A stretch of DNA of 36,728 nucleotides from Chloroflexota bacterium (GTDB lineage Bacteria; Chloroflexota; Anaerolineae; Promineifilales; Promineifilaceae). The translations under genes were made by a program, and so were the position numbers. This document shows, piece after piece, positions 9,578 through 17,256 of this stretch. The notes beneath the pieces are model-generated. The model did not search any database. It was not told the origin of the DNA and was given only the letters and a program-made list of their open reading frames with translations. Numbering within the stretch: the first letter of the stretch is position 1; every line of letters starts with the position of its first letter. The stretch spans positions 1-36,728 of the forward strand of contig JAGVTM010000514.1 in NCBI GenBank assembly GCA_019136785.1, read 5' to 3'.

Positions 9578-10000
9578 AAAGCCCCCCATCCCCCAACCCC
9601 CTTCCCCCCCAGGGGGGGAAGGGGGCTTTCAGAGAGGGCGAGGGGCGCTGCGCGCCCCTCGCCCTACATTACCCCTTCCCTGGCGAGGGCGCTGCGCGCC
9701 CTTGCTCATCATTACCCCTTCCCTGGCGAGGGTGCTGCGCGCTCTTGCTCAGCATTACCCCTTCCCTGGCGAGGGCGCTGCGCGCTCTTGCTCATCATTA
9801 CCCCTTCCCTGGCAATGGGGGCGGGATTACCCGATTATTTTCTCAAGCCCGATGGGGGGAAGGGGGCTTTCAGAGAGGGCGAGGGGCGCTGCGCGCCCCT
9901 CGCCCAAGGCGCTGCGCGCCCTTGCTCAGCATTACCCCTTCCCTGGCAATGGGGACGGGATTACCCGATTATTTTCTCAAACCCGATAGGGGGAAGGGAT
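9578..10000. repeat. Dense REP-like repeat cluster: family-A element, about 4 tandem ~43-bp units, and a ~133-bp spaced duplication
   Basis: The motif CATTACCCCTTCCCTGGC recurs at about 9668, 9710, 9753 and 9796 (period 42-43 bp) and again near 9930. GGGATTACCCGATTATTTTCTCAA occurs at about 9823 and 9957. All + strand ORFs here are repeat translations. Confidence 0.85.
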
Positions 10001-10041
10001 TTTATGCCTGGTCAGGCAATCAGAGTGGCTGGGGCTCTGCC

Positions 10042-13000
10042 TTAGATTGAGAGAACGCTGGCGCGGGCGTTTAGTTCTTCTAGCAGCACCAGGTGGTCGC
10101 CCAGGCGGTGGGTCAGGCGGAGCATCATCATGTCCACGTCGCGGAAACGGCCTAATTCTCGTTCCGCCAGAACCGCATCTACCAGGCGTGCTGACAGACG
10201 AATAGCCAGCAGGTCTTCGCGCGAGGCGGTGTTTAGATTTACTTCTGACGGGGCGGCGCTGGGATTGGTGAATGTGCCAGGGAAAGTTTGTTCTTGCTTT
10301 GTCAGCGTCGCCGCACCCGGCTGCAAGGTGATGATCTTGCTGCTGGCGGTGACCGTGGTGGGACGGTAGCTGGCGGGATTGGCAGCGTCATCATGAGGAT
10401 AGTGAGGCGTTATTTGCATGAACAGCAACACCGCTTTTTCATCGTCAAAGAGCGCTCTGTAGCGGGTGGCCAGCGTGTTTTCGTATGTTTTGAAGGTAGA
10501 CAGGTTGAGCGTGGGATGCATGGGGACCAGATTGCCGGCAACCCCCTGGCCAAAGAAACGGTCGCCAATCAAATGACCGCGATGATCGCCCGGCTGGTAG
10601 GCGGGCACACCGCCAGGCAAATTGCGCACAGCAGGCAGCGATTCTCGTTCCTCACCCTCTTTCACGTTGGTCACGTGGCCTGATGGGCCGGTGGCGCGTT
10701 CCAAACCATCCGCCGGATAGGTGGGGGCAATGCGGGGCACGATGCTCTCCAGCGCCATCTGCTCATGCTGCTGCGCGGTTGTGCCCGTCAACACGACCGG
10801 ATCAGAGAACTGCACCACCGTCAGGTCACGCCTGATTTTCACCGTATGGGCTCCCACAGGGCGCTCGTAAATGAATTCGCCCCCTGCGGCGGCGGGCGGC
10901 GTCTCGGCGGCTTCCCCGCCCAGCCCTAAAGCATTCAGGATGGCCTGACCCAGATTCAGGGCGCGCTCAATGAGCCAGTCAATGGCGCGATCTACTAACT
11001 GGCGCACGTCTTCGACCATCTCGCGGAGGCGGCGGCTGATGCCGCCTAGCCCGACTTGATTTGCCAGGAAGCCGATGGCAATGGGCAGCGCGCGGGCCAG
11101 GGCGCTTTCCAGAAAGCTGGCGGCCTGTTCGATGGCGCCGCGGGCAATGCCGGCAATGCCGCCCAGCACCGTGTTCACAATTTCCAGCATCTGCCGCAGG
11201 TATTGCATGAAGGATTCGATGGCGCGATAGATGGCGATCAGGCTGTTGACGACAGCCATGATGCCTGTGGGATCGAGCAGACTGAGCAGGCGAGCGCTGG
11301 CGGTGGTGATGATGGTGTTGGTGATCCAACCGATGACGCTGGTCAACACTGTTTGCCACAAATCGCTCAAGCGCTCCTGCAACTGTCGCCATAGTCCGCC
11401 AGGGCCTTCGTTAATGAGGGTGGTGATCCAGCCCCAGGCGGTTTCGGCAATCGCCAGCGCCCGGCGCAGCAGCGCCACCCGTTCAGGCCCAATGCGCGGG
11501 TTTTGCTCCATGCGCTGGAAGATGCGTTCCGTGGTGATGTCCAGAATTTGCAGCACAAACCCCAAAATGCCGCGCAGGCTGAACTCGGTAGGCGGGGTGA
11601 GCCCGGCTTCCTGCACCTGCCCAAACAGCCAGCCCATGACGCCGTCTAGCAAATGTTGACCAATGTTGCCAAAGAATTTGACGAACCCTTCTTTGACGGC
11701 GCGCAACAGATTGATGAGGAAGCCCACCGGGTCTTGCAGGATGCTGCTGAAGACGTTAAGGGCATTTTGCAGGATGTTCGTCACTAACTGCGGCGGGATA
11801 CCCATCAGTTCCAGCAAGGCGCTGAAAAATGTCCAGGCTGCGCCAAACAGATTGCCGTCCACGAAAACCTGGCGCAAGATACGCATGGCCAGGCTGCTAA
11901 TGCGCGCCCAAATGTCGGGAATTTGCAACAGTTGGCTGAAAATGGGGATGTGGCTGAGAATGTTCTCAATCAGGAAGTTCTTGATGGGGTCCAGAATACA
12001 CTCTGGAATGGCGCTCCACAAGCCGCCGGTGATCAGGTCGGGAAGCTGTCCCAACAAGTCGCCGAGAACGCTGATTAGCTGCTGCAGCAGGTTGAGGATT
12101 GGTTCGATGAAGCCAGCCAGATAAACCAGACCATCGCCCAGGAAACCAAAGAGGCTGGCGACGGTTTCTTGCGCCCACTGCCCCAGACTGGCGACACCGT
12201 CAGCAACCCATTGCAGCAGGCTGGTGAGGTGGCTGGTGAGGCTGTTCTGGCTTAAGGCGTTGACGAAGCCGGTCACCTGCTCTACGACGCTGCCAATGAC
12301 GCTGGCGACCCAACTGCCGGCATTGACAATGCTTTCACGGACAGAGGCGGCGGTGGCCAGCACTGCCGGCAAAATCTCATCCCGCAGGCTCGTTTGCTGT
12401 TCGGCTACCCCCTCAGGCTCCTGCATGGTGTTGACCATCGAGCCGGCGTTTTCCAGCCAGCCCTGAATCGTTTCGCGCAAGTTCAAGATGGCATCCAGGG
12501 GCAAGACCGCCATCACCTGGTCAATGACGCCACGAATGGGGGCGATCACCGGTTCTAAGAGCGCCAGGATGGCATCCCAGGCCTCCCCCAATTTTTGCTG
12601 CACCCAGTCCAGCAGCCCACCTTCGCTGTCTTCGGTATCCGCGCCAATGCCCAACTGCTCTTTGACCCACTCCCAGGCGCTGGCAAAGGCGTCGCGCACG
12701 GGCTGCGTCCACTCCCAGATGTCGCTGGCAATGTCCTGAATATCTTGCCAGATTTCGCCGGCTACTTCGCCGATCCAATCCACCACAGGCGCGCCAAAAT
12801 CAGCCCACAAATCGGAGAAGAATTGCCCCACCGGTTCGAAGAATTCGACGATGGCGTTCCAGGCATCCCCAGCCATTTGGGAGATGGTTTCTTGCAGCCG
12901 CCCCACGGCGGCAAACAAGGGTTCGCAGTCGCCCGCCAGCAGCGGTTCCAGGATTTCCTGCGACGCCGCCAGCAGCGCGTCAAAGGTGGCGAGAAAGCCC

Positions 13001-13872
13001 GCCAGAATGCCGCTGTCTTCCCCCACCCCACTAAACAGATTGTCTATGACGCCGCCGAGCAGGTTCTGCAGGTAATCAAAGATGCCGCCGGCAGCATGAA
13101 TATCGCGGATCAATTGCGCCAACTGCGGCGCCAGTTCTTCGATGATGCTCCAGGCGGTATCAGCCGTGAATTCGATCACGTCGCTGGCCAGCTCTGCGCC
13201 AGCCTCGATAGCTGCGCCGCCGGTGTATGACCAGGCTGTGGCCAGCGCTTCGCCGACTTCGACGCGCTGAACAGCCGGCGTTCCACCGCGCTGCTGCTGC
13301 ACTACGTGGGCGGATTCGTGGGCCATGAGGCGGGCGTCGCTGCTAGATTCACCCGCGCCCAGGAAGATGTGATTGCCGGCAGTGAAGGCGCGGGCAGAGA
13401 GCGTGGCGGCGGCGGCAGCAGCCTGGGAATCTTCGTGAACGCGCGCCTGCCCCAGGTCTGCGCCGACGCGCGGTTCCAGGCGTCCGCGCAGGTCGGGCGA
13501 CAGCGGGCGACCGGGGTGTGGCTGGCGAATGGTCGCCGCCACGTCGGGCGTGACGGGCGGCGGGGTCGCGCCGCTCCTTTTGGGGGATGGAGAAGGATTG
13601 CCGGCGACGATGTCTGCCTGCCGTTCAAAGGCGTCACCTGGTTGATTGACAGTTAGCTCAGATGCTGCCGGCAGCGGGTTCGCCGATTTAGCCATGACAG
13701 TCTGGCTGACAGCGTGATTTCCGCCTCCTTTTTGCAGCCGCTGCGATTCACTTACCGTTCGGTGTTTACGCGCGCCTATTGGCGCGCGGCGCGGCGGGGA
13801 AGCAGTCGTCTGTGTGGGCGATGCGACCGGGGAGGATTTCGTGTGGGCGAGGGTTTTTGTGGCAGCGATCAT
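10042..13872 (-). CDS. Putative CIS payload: N-terminal DUF4157 (HExxH) domain, long acidic helical middle, C-terminal His-Me-finger nuclease (Endonuclease_NS_2-like) and HhH DNA-binding motif
   Basis: DUF4157-like block: DAFERQADIVAG...PLSPDLRGRLEPRVGADLGQARVHEDSQAA...ARAFTAGNHIFLGAG...LMAHESAHVVQQQ, with HESAH at 13303-13329. C-terminal nuclease block: GDHRGHLIGDRFFGQGVAGNLVPMHPTLNLSTFKTYENTL...ITPHYP (about 10420-10600). ComEA-like HhH: VNLNTASREDLLAIRLSARLVDAVL. The start lies 10 nt after the upstream stop; an alternative start is MAKSANP. Confidence 0.75.
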   Translation of the reverse strand: MIAATKTLAHTKSSPVASPTQTTASPPRRAPIGARKHRTVSESQRLQKGGGNHAVSQTVMAKSANPLPAASELTVNQPGDAFERQADIVAGNPSPSPKRSGATPPPVTPDVAATIRQPHPGRPLSPDLRGRLEPRVGADLGQARVHEDSQAAAAAATLSARAFTAGNHIFLGAGESSSDARLMAHESAHVVQQQRGGTPAVQRVEVGEALATAWSYTGGAAIEAGAELASDVIEFTADTAWSIIEELAPQLAQLIRDIHAAGGIFDYLQNLLGGVIDNLFSGVGEDSGILAGFLATFDALLAASQEILEPLLAGDCEPLFAAVGRLQETISQMAGDAWNAIVEFFEPVGQFFSDLWADFGAPVVDWIGEVAGEIWQDIQDIASDIWEWTQPVRDAFASAWEWVKEQLGIGADTEDSEGGLLDWVQQKLGEAWDAILALLEPVIAPIRGVIDQVMAVLPLDAILNLRETIQGWLENAGSMVNTMQEPEGVAEQQTSLRDEILPAVLATAASVRESIVNAGSWVASVIGSVVEQVTGFVNALSQNSLTSHLTSLLQWVADGVASLGQWAQETVASLFGFLGDGLVYLAGFIEPILNLLQQLISVLGDLLGQLPDLITGGLWSAIPECILDPIKNFLIENILSHIPIFSQLLQIPDIWARISSLAMRILRQVFVDGNLFGAAWTFFSALLELMGIPPQLVTNILQNALNVFSSILQDPVGFLINLLRAVKEGFVKFFGNIGQHLLDGVMGWLFGQVQEAGLTPPTEFSLRGILGFVLQILDITTERIFQRMEQNPRIGPERVALLRRALAIAETAWGWITTLINEGPGGLWRQLQERLSDLWQTVLTSVIGWITNTIITTASARLLSLLDPTGIMAVVNSLIAIYRAIESFMQYLRQMLEIVNTVLGGIAGIARGAIEQAASFLESALARALPIAIGFLANQVGLGGISRRLREMVEDVRQLVDRAIDWLIERALNLGQAILNALGLGGEAAETPPAAAGGEFIYERPVGAHTVKIRRDLTVVQFSDPVVLTGTTAQQHEQMALESIVPRIAPTYPADGLERATGPSGHVTNVKEGEERESLPAVRNLPGGVPAYQPGDHRGHLIGDRFFGQGVAGNLVPMHPTLNLSTFKTYENTLATRYRALFDDEKAVLLFMQITPHYPHDDAANPASYRPTTVTASSKIITLQPGAATLTKQEQTFPGTFTNPSAAPSEVNLNTASREDLLAIRLSARLVDAVLAERELGRFRDVDMMMLRLTHRLGDHLVLLEELNARASVLSI

Positions 13873-13882
13873 GGGAAATTGG

Positions 13883-16800
13883 CTACGCCACGGGCGTTTC
13901 CTCCTCTGGCGGAACGCGGGCGATCAGGGCGATCAAGGCAGCGGCGCTGGCTAAACCTACCAGCGCGGCAATAATCTTGTGAATGGGTTCAGGCACAGGC
14001 ACAAATATGGCAATGATGGCTACGATTAGCAGGGCAATCAGCAAGCCAATAGCGATGTACAATGCCACCTCAGCCACAACCTGGCGCACGCGGTCCCAGT
14101 CAATCTCTTTTTCTTTTCCTTTTTCCTTCTCTTTTTCTTTCTTTTTCTTCTTTTCTTCCTCTTCCTTCTTTTTGCGTTCTTTTTCCTTTTCTTTCTCTTT
14201 CTCCTTTTCTTTGTCTTCTTTGGGGAGACAGCCACAGCCGCGCGCCATTAATTCGGTGAAGCTGGGCTTGCAGATGTAGGCGTAAAGGCCATCCACAGGC
14301 GGCAGGACAACGAGGGTCTGGGTGGTGCAGCCGGGCTGCGGCGATAGGGTGGGGAAGGGCATGGGGGCTACGGGGCGGCTCAGGCGACCGACCTGTACGT
14401 TGGGCAGCAATTTCTCCAGTATTTCTTCGTAAAAGAACAACTGTCCAAAGCCGGCGGCAACTGCGCCGGTGTTGCCGGGCTTGATTTCGCCAATCTCGAT
14501 GCGATTGAAACCGGTGCGCACCGCCAGGTCCAGCCGCCCGCCGCCGGGAGGGGTGTCGTCGCCAGGGGCGCGAATGGGCACTTCCTTCTTGCCAAAGGGG
14601 TTGTGGGTGAGGAATTGGGCCTGGATGAGGTTGTGAGCGGCAATGCCGGCAGCTTTGGGCGTTCCATAGCAGAGGCCGCAGCCGCCTGCCGGCATTCTGG
14701 GGACCAGGGAGCCGCCGCCGCCGCCACCGCCGGCAGCTAAAATTGGAGCGCCGCCCAACGAAGAGGAGGTCGGCGACATGCCCGCGCCGAGAGGCGTCGG
14801 AACGACGCCGGGCGGCGTCATGCCCGCGCCGAGCAGCGGCGCGCCCGCGCCAAACGGCATTATGCCGGCGCCGAGCGGCGACGATGCCGCGCCAGGCGGC
14901 GATGATGCTGCGCCAGGCGGGGACGAGCCCAGCGGAACGGGCAAACTGGACTGAATCTGCCCAGCCAGCGCCTCAGGCGTGACGGCGGCTGGCGAGCCGG
15001 CGGGCGCGCCGCCCCCCGTCAGCATTTCCTTTGTCACCTCCCCGGGCTGCAAGCCCAACATCACCGCCAGCTTATGCAGGGCGCGCGCCAGCCGCTGCTC
15101 ATAATGCGCCGCCAGGTGGCGCAACCCCTCAGGCAGCGGCAGATAGGGCTGCAACATCTCGTACAGCCGGGCCAGTAGTTCCATTAACTGCAACTGGGCC
15201 ATCACGGCGGCTTCCATGACGTCCAATATCAGGATGACGCCAGCCTGCATAACGGTCAAGGCCGTATCCAGCGCCAGAGCGACCGTATCCAGGATAACGT
15301 CCGCCGCCTCTTTCAGCGTTTCCGCCGTCTGGTTAACTACCTCCACTGCGCCATCTACCTGGCGGTCAATCCAGTCGCGCGCCTGCGCCGCCGTCTCCGG
15401 AAAAGCAGCCAGGGCCACGGTGACCAACCCCTTCAAAAACAAGCCAAATCCTTTGATGTAGCCAATAATCGTGTCGCGGGCCAGGTCAATCAGGCCGCGC
15501 ACCACCTGCTTCGCCGCTTCAATTGTCTTCTTGACAAACGCCCGCAGTTCGGTGAAAAGAGTGTTGACCGCCTGGCGCAGCGTCTTAAACACCGCCGCCA
15601 CGCCCCCCTTCACCGACTCCCAAAAACTGCGCGGCTTGTTCTCGTGCTCCCGTTTCTTCGCCGCCGCTTTTTCTTCGGTCTTTTGCCGCTCCGTCTCCGC
15701 CTCGTTTTCGGCCTTTGACAGTTTCTCCTCCACGGAGCGATCCGTGCTGCTCACCTTATCTGTGATCTGTTCACTCACCTGGCTTTGCCGTTCCGTGGCC
15801 TTGCCTTCAAATTCCGTCTGTATCCTCTGATTCTCATGCTGCCACTGCTGCCGCTGCGCGGCTACGCCTTGCTGCGCCTGCTGCTGCGTGGCCACTTGCT
15901 GCGCGCGCGCCTGCTCCGTTTGCAGTTGCAACTGCTGCTCGCCCTGCAGGCGCGCCTGCTGCGACTGCTGTTCATAGGTCATCTGGCGCTGCTGATAAGC
16001 CTGCATCTGCGGCGCGACCTGTATCTGCGGCCATCCGGCCAGACCTTGATCCAGAGCGGCGCGGGCGCCCTCAGGCATGGGCGGCGCAACGATGGCGCTG
16101 CCGCCCGCGCCCGCCGCCGCCGGCCGGTAAGTGGATTGCAGCATCTGCGCGGGCACGGTGGGGTAGATGGCGTTTTCGCCAAAATCCGCCATCACGGCGC
16201 TGTCTGCCTGCGCCCGCTGCGTCCCTACGTTCTGGCCCGCCTGCTGTTGGAACTGGGCCGCCTGGGCGGGGTCGGCGGCTCCGCTGAGGTCCACGGGGGG
16301 ACGATCTCCGGCCGACGTGTTCACGCCGGCGTCGCTGGTGGGAAGCTGCCCCAGGAAACTGGAGACGCGCCCCACCAGCCAATCCCACCAACTGCCCTCT
16401 TCTGCCTGGGGTTCCGCTGCCGCCGTGGACACGTCGCTGCCAGGCACGGCGCCTACGCCGGCCTGATGATCTGTGCTGTAGGTGGCGGCTGCGCCGCTGC
16501 CGGCAACGTCCAGGTCAGGCGTTTCTCCGGCGGGGAGTTGCGTGGGCGCGCCGCCAGCCTTACCGCCCATTCTGGGCAGTCCTGTCGGTCGCTCAATCAG
16601 GGGATAGCTGGCGGGCAAGTCGCTTTTTTGCTGCTGGTGCAGGGCGCCGGCTGTGCTGCGCGCCTGGGCCAACGCCTGGGGGTAGGCGCTGGGGGGAGAT
16701 GCCGCCAGCGCCCCCAGGAAATCCGCGCCGCCCGGCGCAGCCGGCGCAGGGCCGCCAGCCACAGGCGCGCCAGCAGCGGGGCTGCCGGCGGCAGCGGGGC

Positions 16801-17197
16801 CGCCAGCAGCAGTTCCACCGCCGTTGACGGCAGACGCTTTGCCGCCCGCTGGTGGCGGCACAGGCGCGCCTTCCCTGCCCGCCTTTTGCCCGCGAGTTGA
16901 GGGCGCAGGTTCCGCCGCTGCGGCCGGGGCAAGAGCCACCACCTCTGGGGCAACGGGTGGAACCATTCCTGGAGCGGGCGGCGGGGCGGCGGGAGGCGTC
17001 ATTAATTGCTGCGCCGCCTGGTTTCCTGCCTGGCGCTGCACCTGGGGCAGGTGGGCAGGCACGCGCGCGGCAGCGGACGCACCCTCGCGCGAGGGCGCAG
17101 GCGCAGGGGGGCGCGTGGGGCGCGGCGACGGTCGCGTTACCGGCAGATGCTGTATGGGCGGCGGCGTTGTCGTTGTTTTTATCGGCGGCGCAACCAT
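13883..17197 (-). CDS. Large hypothetical protein (1104 aa): Pro/Ala-rich N-terminus, Q-rich coiled coil, helical region, PD-(D/E)xK-like module, KE-rich tract, C-terminal TM hairpin
   Basis: QRQAGNQAAQQLM motif near the N-terminus (about 17010-17045). Coiled coil QQRQMTYEQQSQQARLQGEQQLQLQTEQARAQQ. Candidate nuclease-fold motif GRLDLAVRTGFNRIEIGEIKP...GFGQLFFY (about 14470-14545). (KE)n tract at 14105-14222. Two hydrophobic helices in the last ~70 aa. Confidence 0.6.
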   Translation of the reverse strand: MVAPPIKTTTTPPPIQHLPVTRPSPRPTRPPAPAPSREGASAAARVPAHLPQVQRQAGNQAAQQLMTPPAAPPPAPGMVPPVAPEVVALAPAAAAEPAPSTRGQKAGREGAPVPPPAGGKASAVNGGGTAAGGPAAAGSPAAGAPVAGGPAPAAPGGADFLGALAASPPSAYPQALAQARSTAGALHQQQKSDLPASYPLIERPTGLPRMGGKAGGAPTQLPAGETPDLDVAGSGAAATYSTDHQAGVGAVPGSDVSTAAAEPQAEEGSWWDWLVGRVSSFLGQLPTSDAGVNTSAGDRPPVDLSGAADPAQAAQFQQQAGQNVGTQRAQADSAVMADFGENAIYPTVPAQMLQSTYRPAAAGAGGSAIVAPPMPEGARAALDQGLAGWPQIQVAPQMQAYQQRQMTYEQQSQQARLQGEQQLQLQTEQARAQQVATQQQAQQGVAAQRQQWQHENQRIQTEFEGKATERQSQVSEQITDKVSSTDRSVEEKLSKAENEAETERQKTEEKAAAKKREHENKPRSFWESVKGGVAAVFKTLRQAVNTLFTELRAFVKKTIEAAKQVVRGLIDLARDTIIGYIKGFGLFLKGLVTVALAAFPETAAQARDWIDRQVDGAVEVVNQTAETLKEAADVILDTVALALDTALTVMQAGVILILDVMEAAVMAQLQLMELLARLYEMLQPYLPLPEGLRHLAAHYEQRLARALHKLAVMLGLQPGEVTKEMLTGGGAPAGSPAAVTPEALAGQIQSSLPVPLGSSPPGAASSPPGAASSPLGAGIMPFGAGAPLLGAGMTPPGVVPTPLGAGMSPTSSSLGGAPILAAGGGGGGGSLVPRMPAGGCGLCYGTPKAAGIAAHNLIQAQFLTHNPFGKKEVPIRAPGDDTPPGGGRLDLAVRTGFNRIEIGEIKPGNTGAVAAGFGQLFFYEEILEKLLPNVQVGRLSRPVAPMPFPTLSPQPGCTTQTLVVLPPVDGLYAYICKPSFTELMARGCGCLPKEDKEKEKEKEKEKERKKKEEEEKKKKKEKEKEKGKEKEIDWDRVRQVVAEVALYIAIGLLIALLIVAIIAIFVPVPEPIHKIIAALVGLASAAALIALIARVPPEEETPVA
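14105..14222. repeat. About 118-bp polypyrimidine/polypurine tract (CT-rich on + strand) encoding the KE-rich segment
   Basis: The run is almost uninterrupted c/t on the + strand (ctttttcttttcctttttccttctc...) and lies inside CDS 13883-17197. Confidence 0.9.
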
Positions 17198-17215
17198 AAG
17201 AGCCTTGTTGCCTGG

Positions 17216-17248
17216 AGACTGGAGCAGTTTTGGAAACTGCTCCAGTCT
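17216..17248. promoter_or_regulatory. Perfect 15-bp stem / 3-nt loop hairpin between the ATPase stop and the next start
   Basis: agactggagcagttt-tgg-aaactgctccagtct. No U-tract follows on the - strand RNA. Confidence 0.4.
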
Positions 17249-17256
17249 GGGGTGTG

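Noticed and set aside
9640-9815. Regularly spaced ~43-bp repeats that could suggest a CRISPR array
   Set aside because: The units abut each other with no unique spacers, form part of the family-A REP element, and no cas genes are present.
9445-10050. Three overlapping + strand ORFs (140-201 aa) rich in P/G/R/A
   Set aside because: They are translations of the REP-like tandem repeat cluster. The same peptide motifs (PPTPFP, GEGG, ITPSLA) recur in all three frames wherever the repeat occurs, and there is no start context or family resemblance.
15785-16900. 371-aa + strand ORF, and similar antisense ORFs at 24104-25183, 28955-29983, 30345-31595, 33640-34317 and 457-1083
   Set aside because: They are antisense shadow ORFs inside long, motif-supported genes. 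Their composition is Arg/Gly/Ala-biased and they contain no recognisable motifs.
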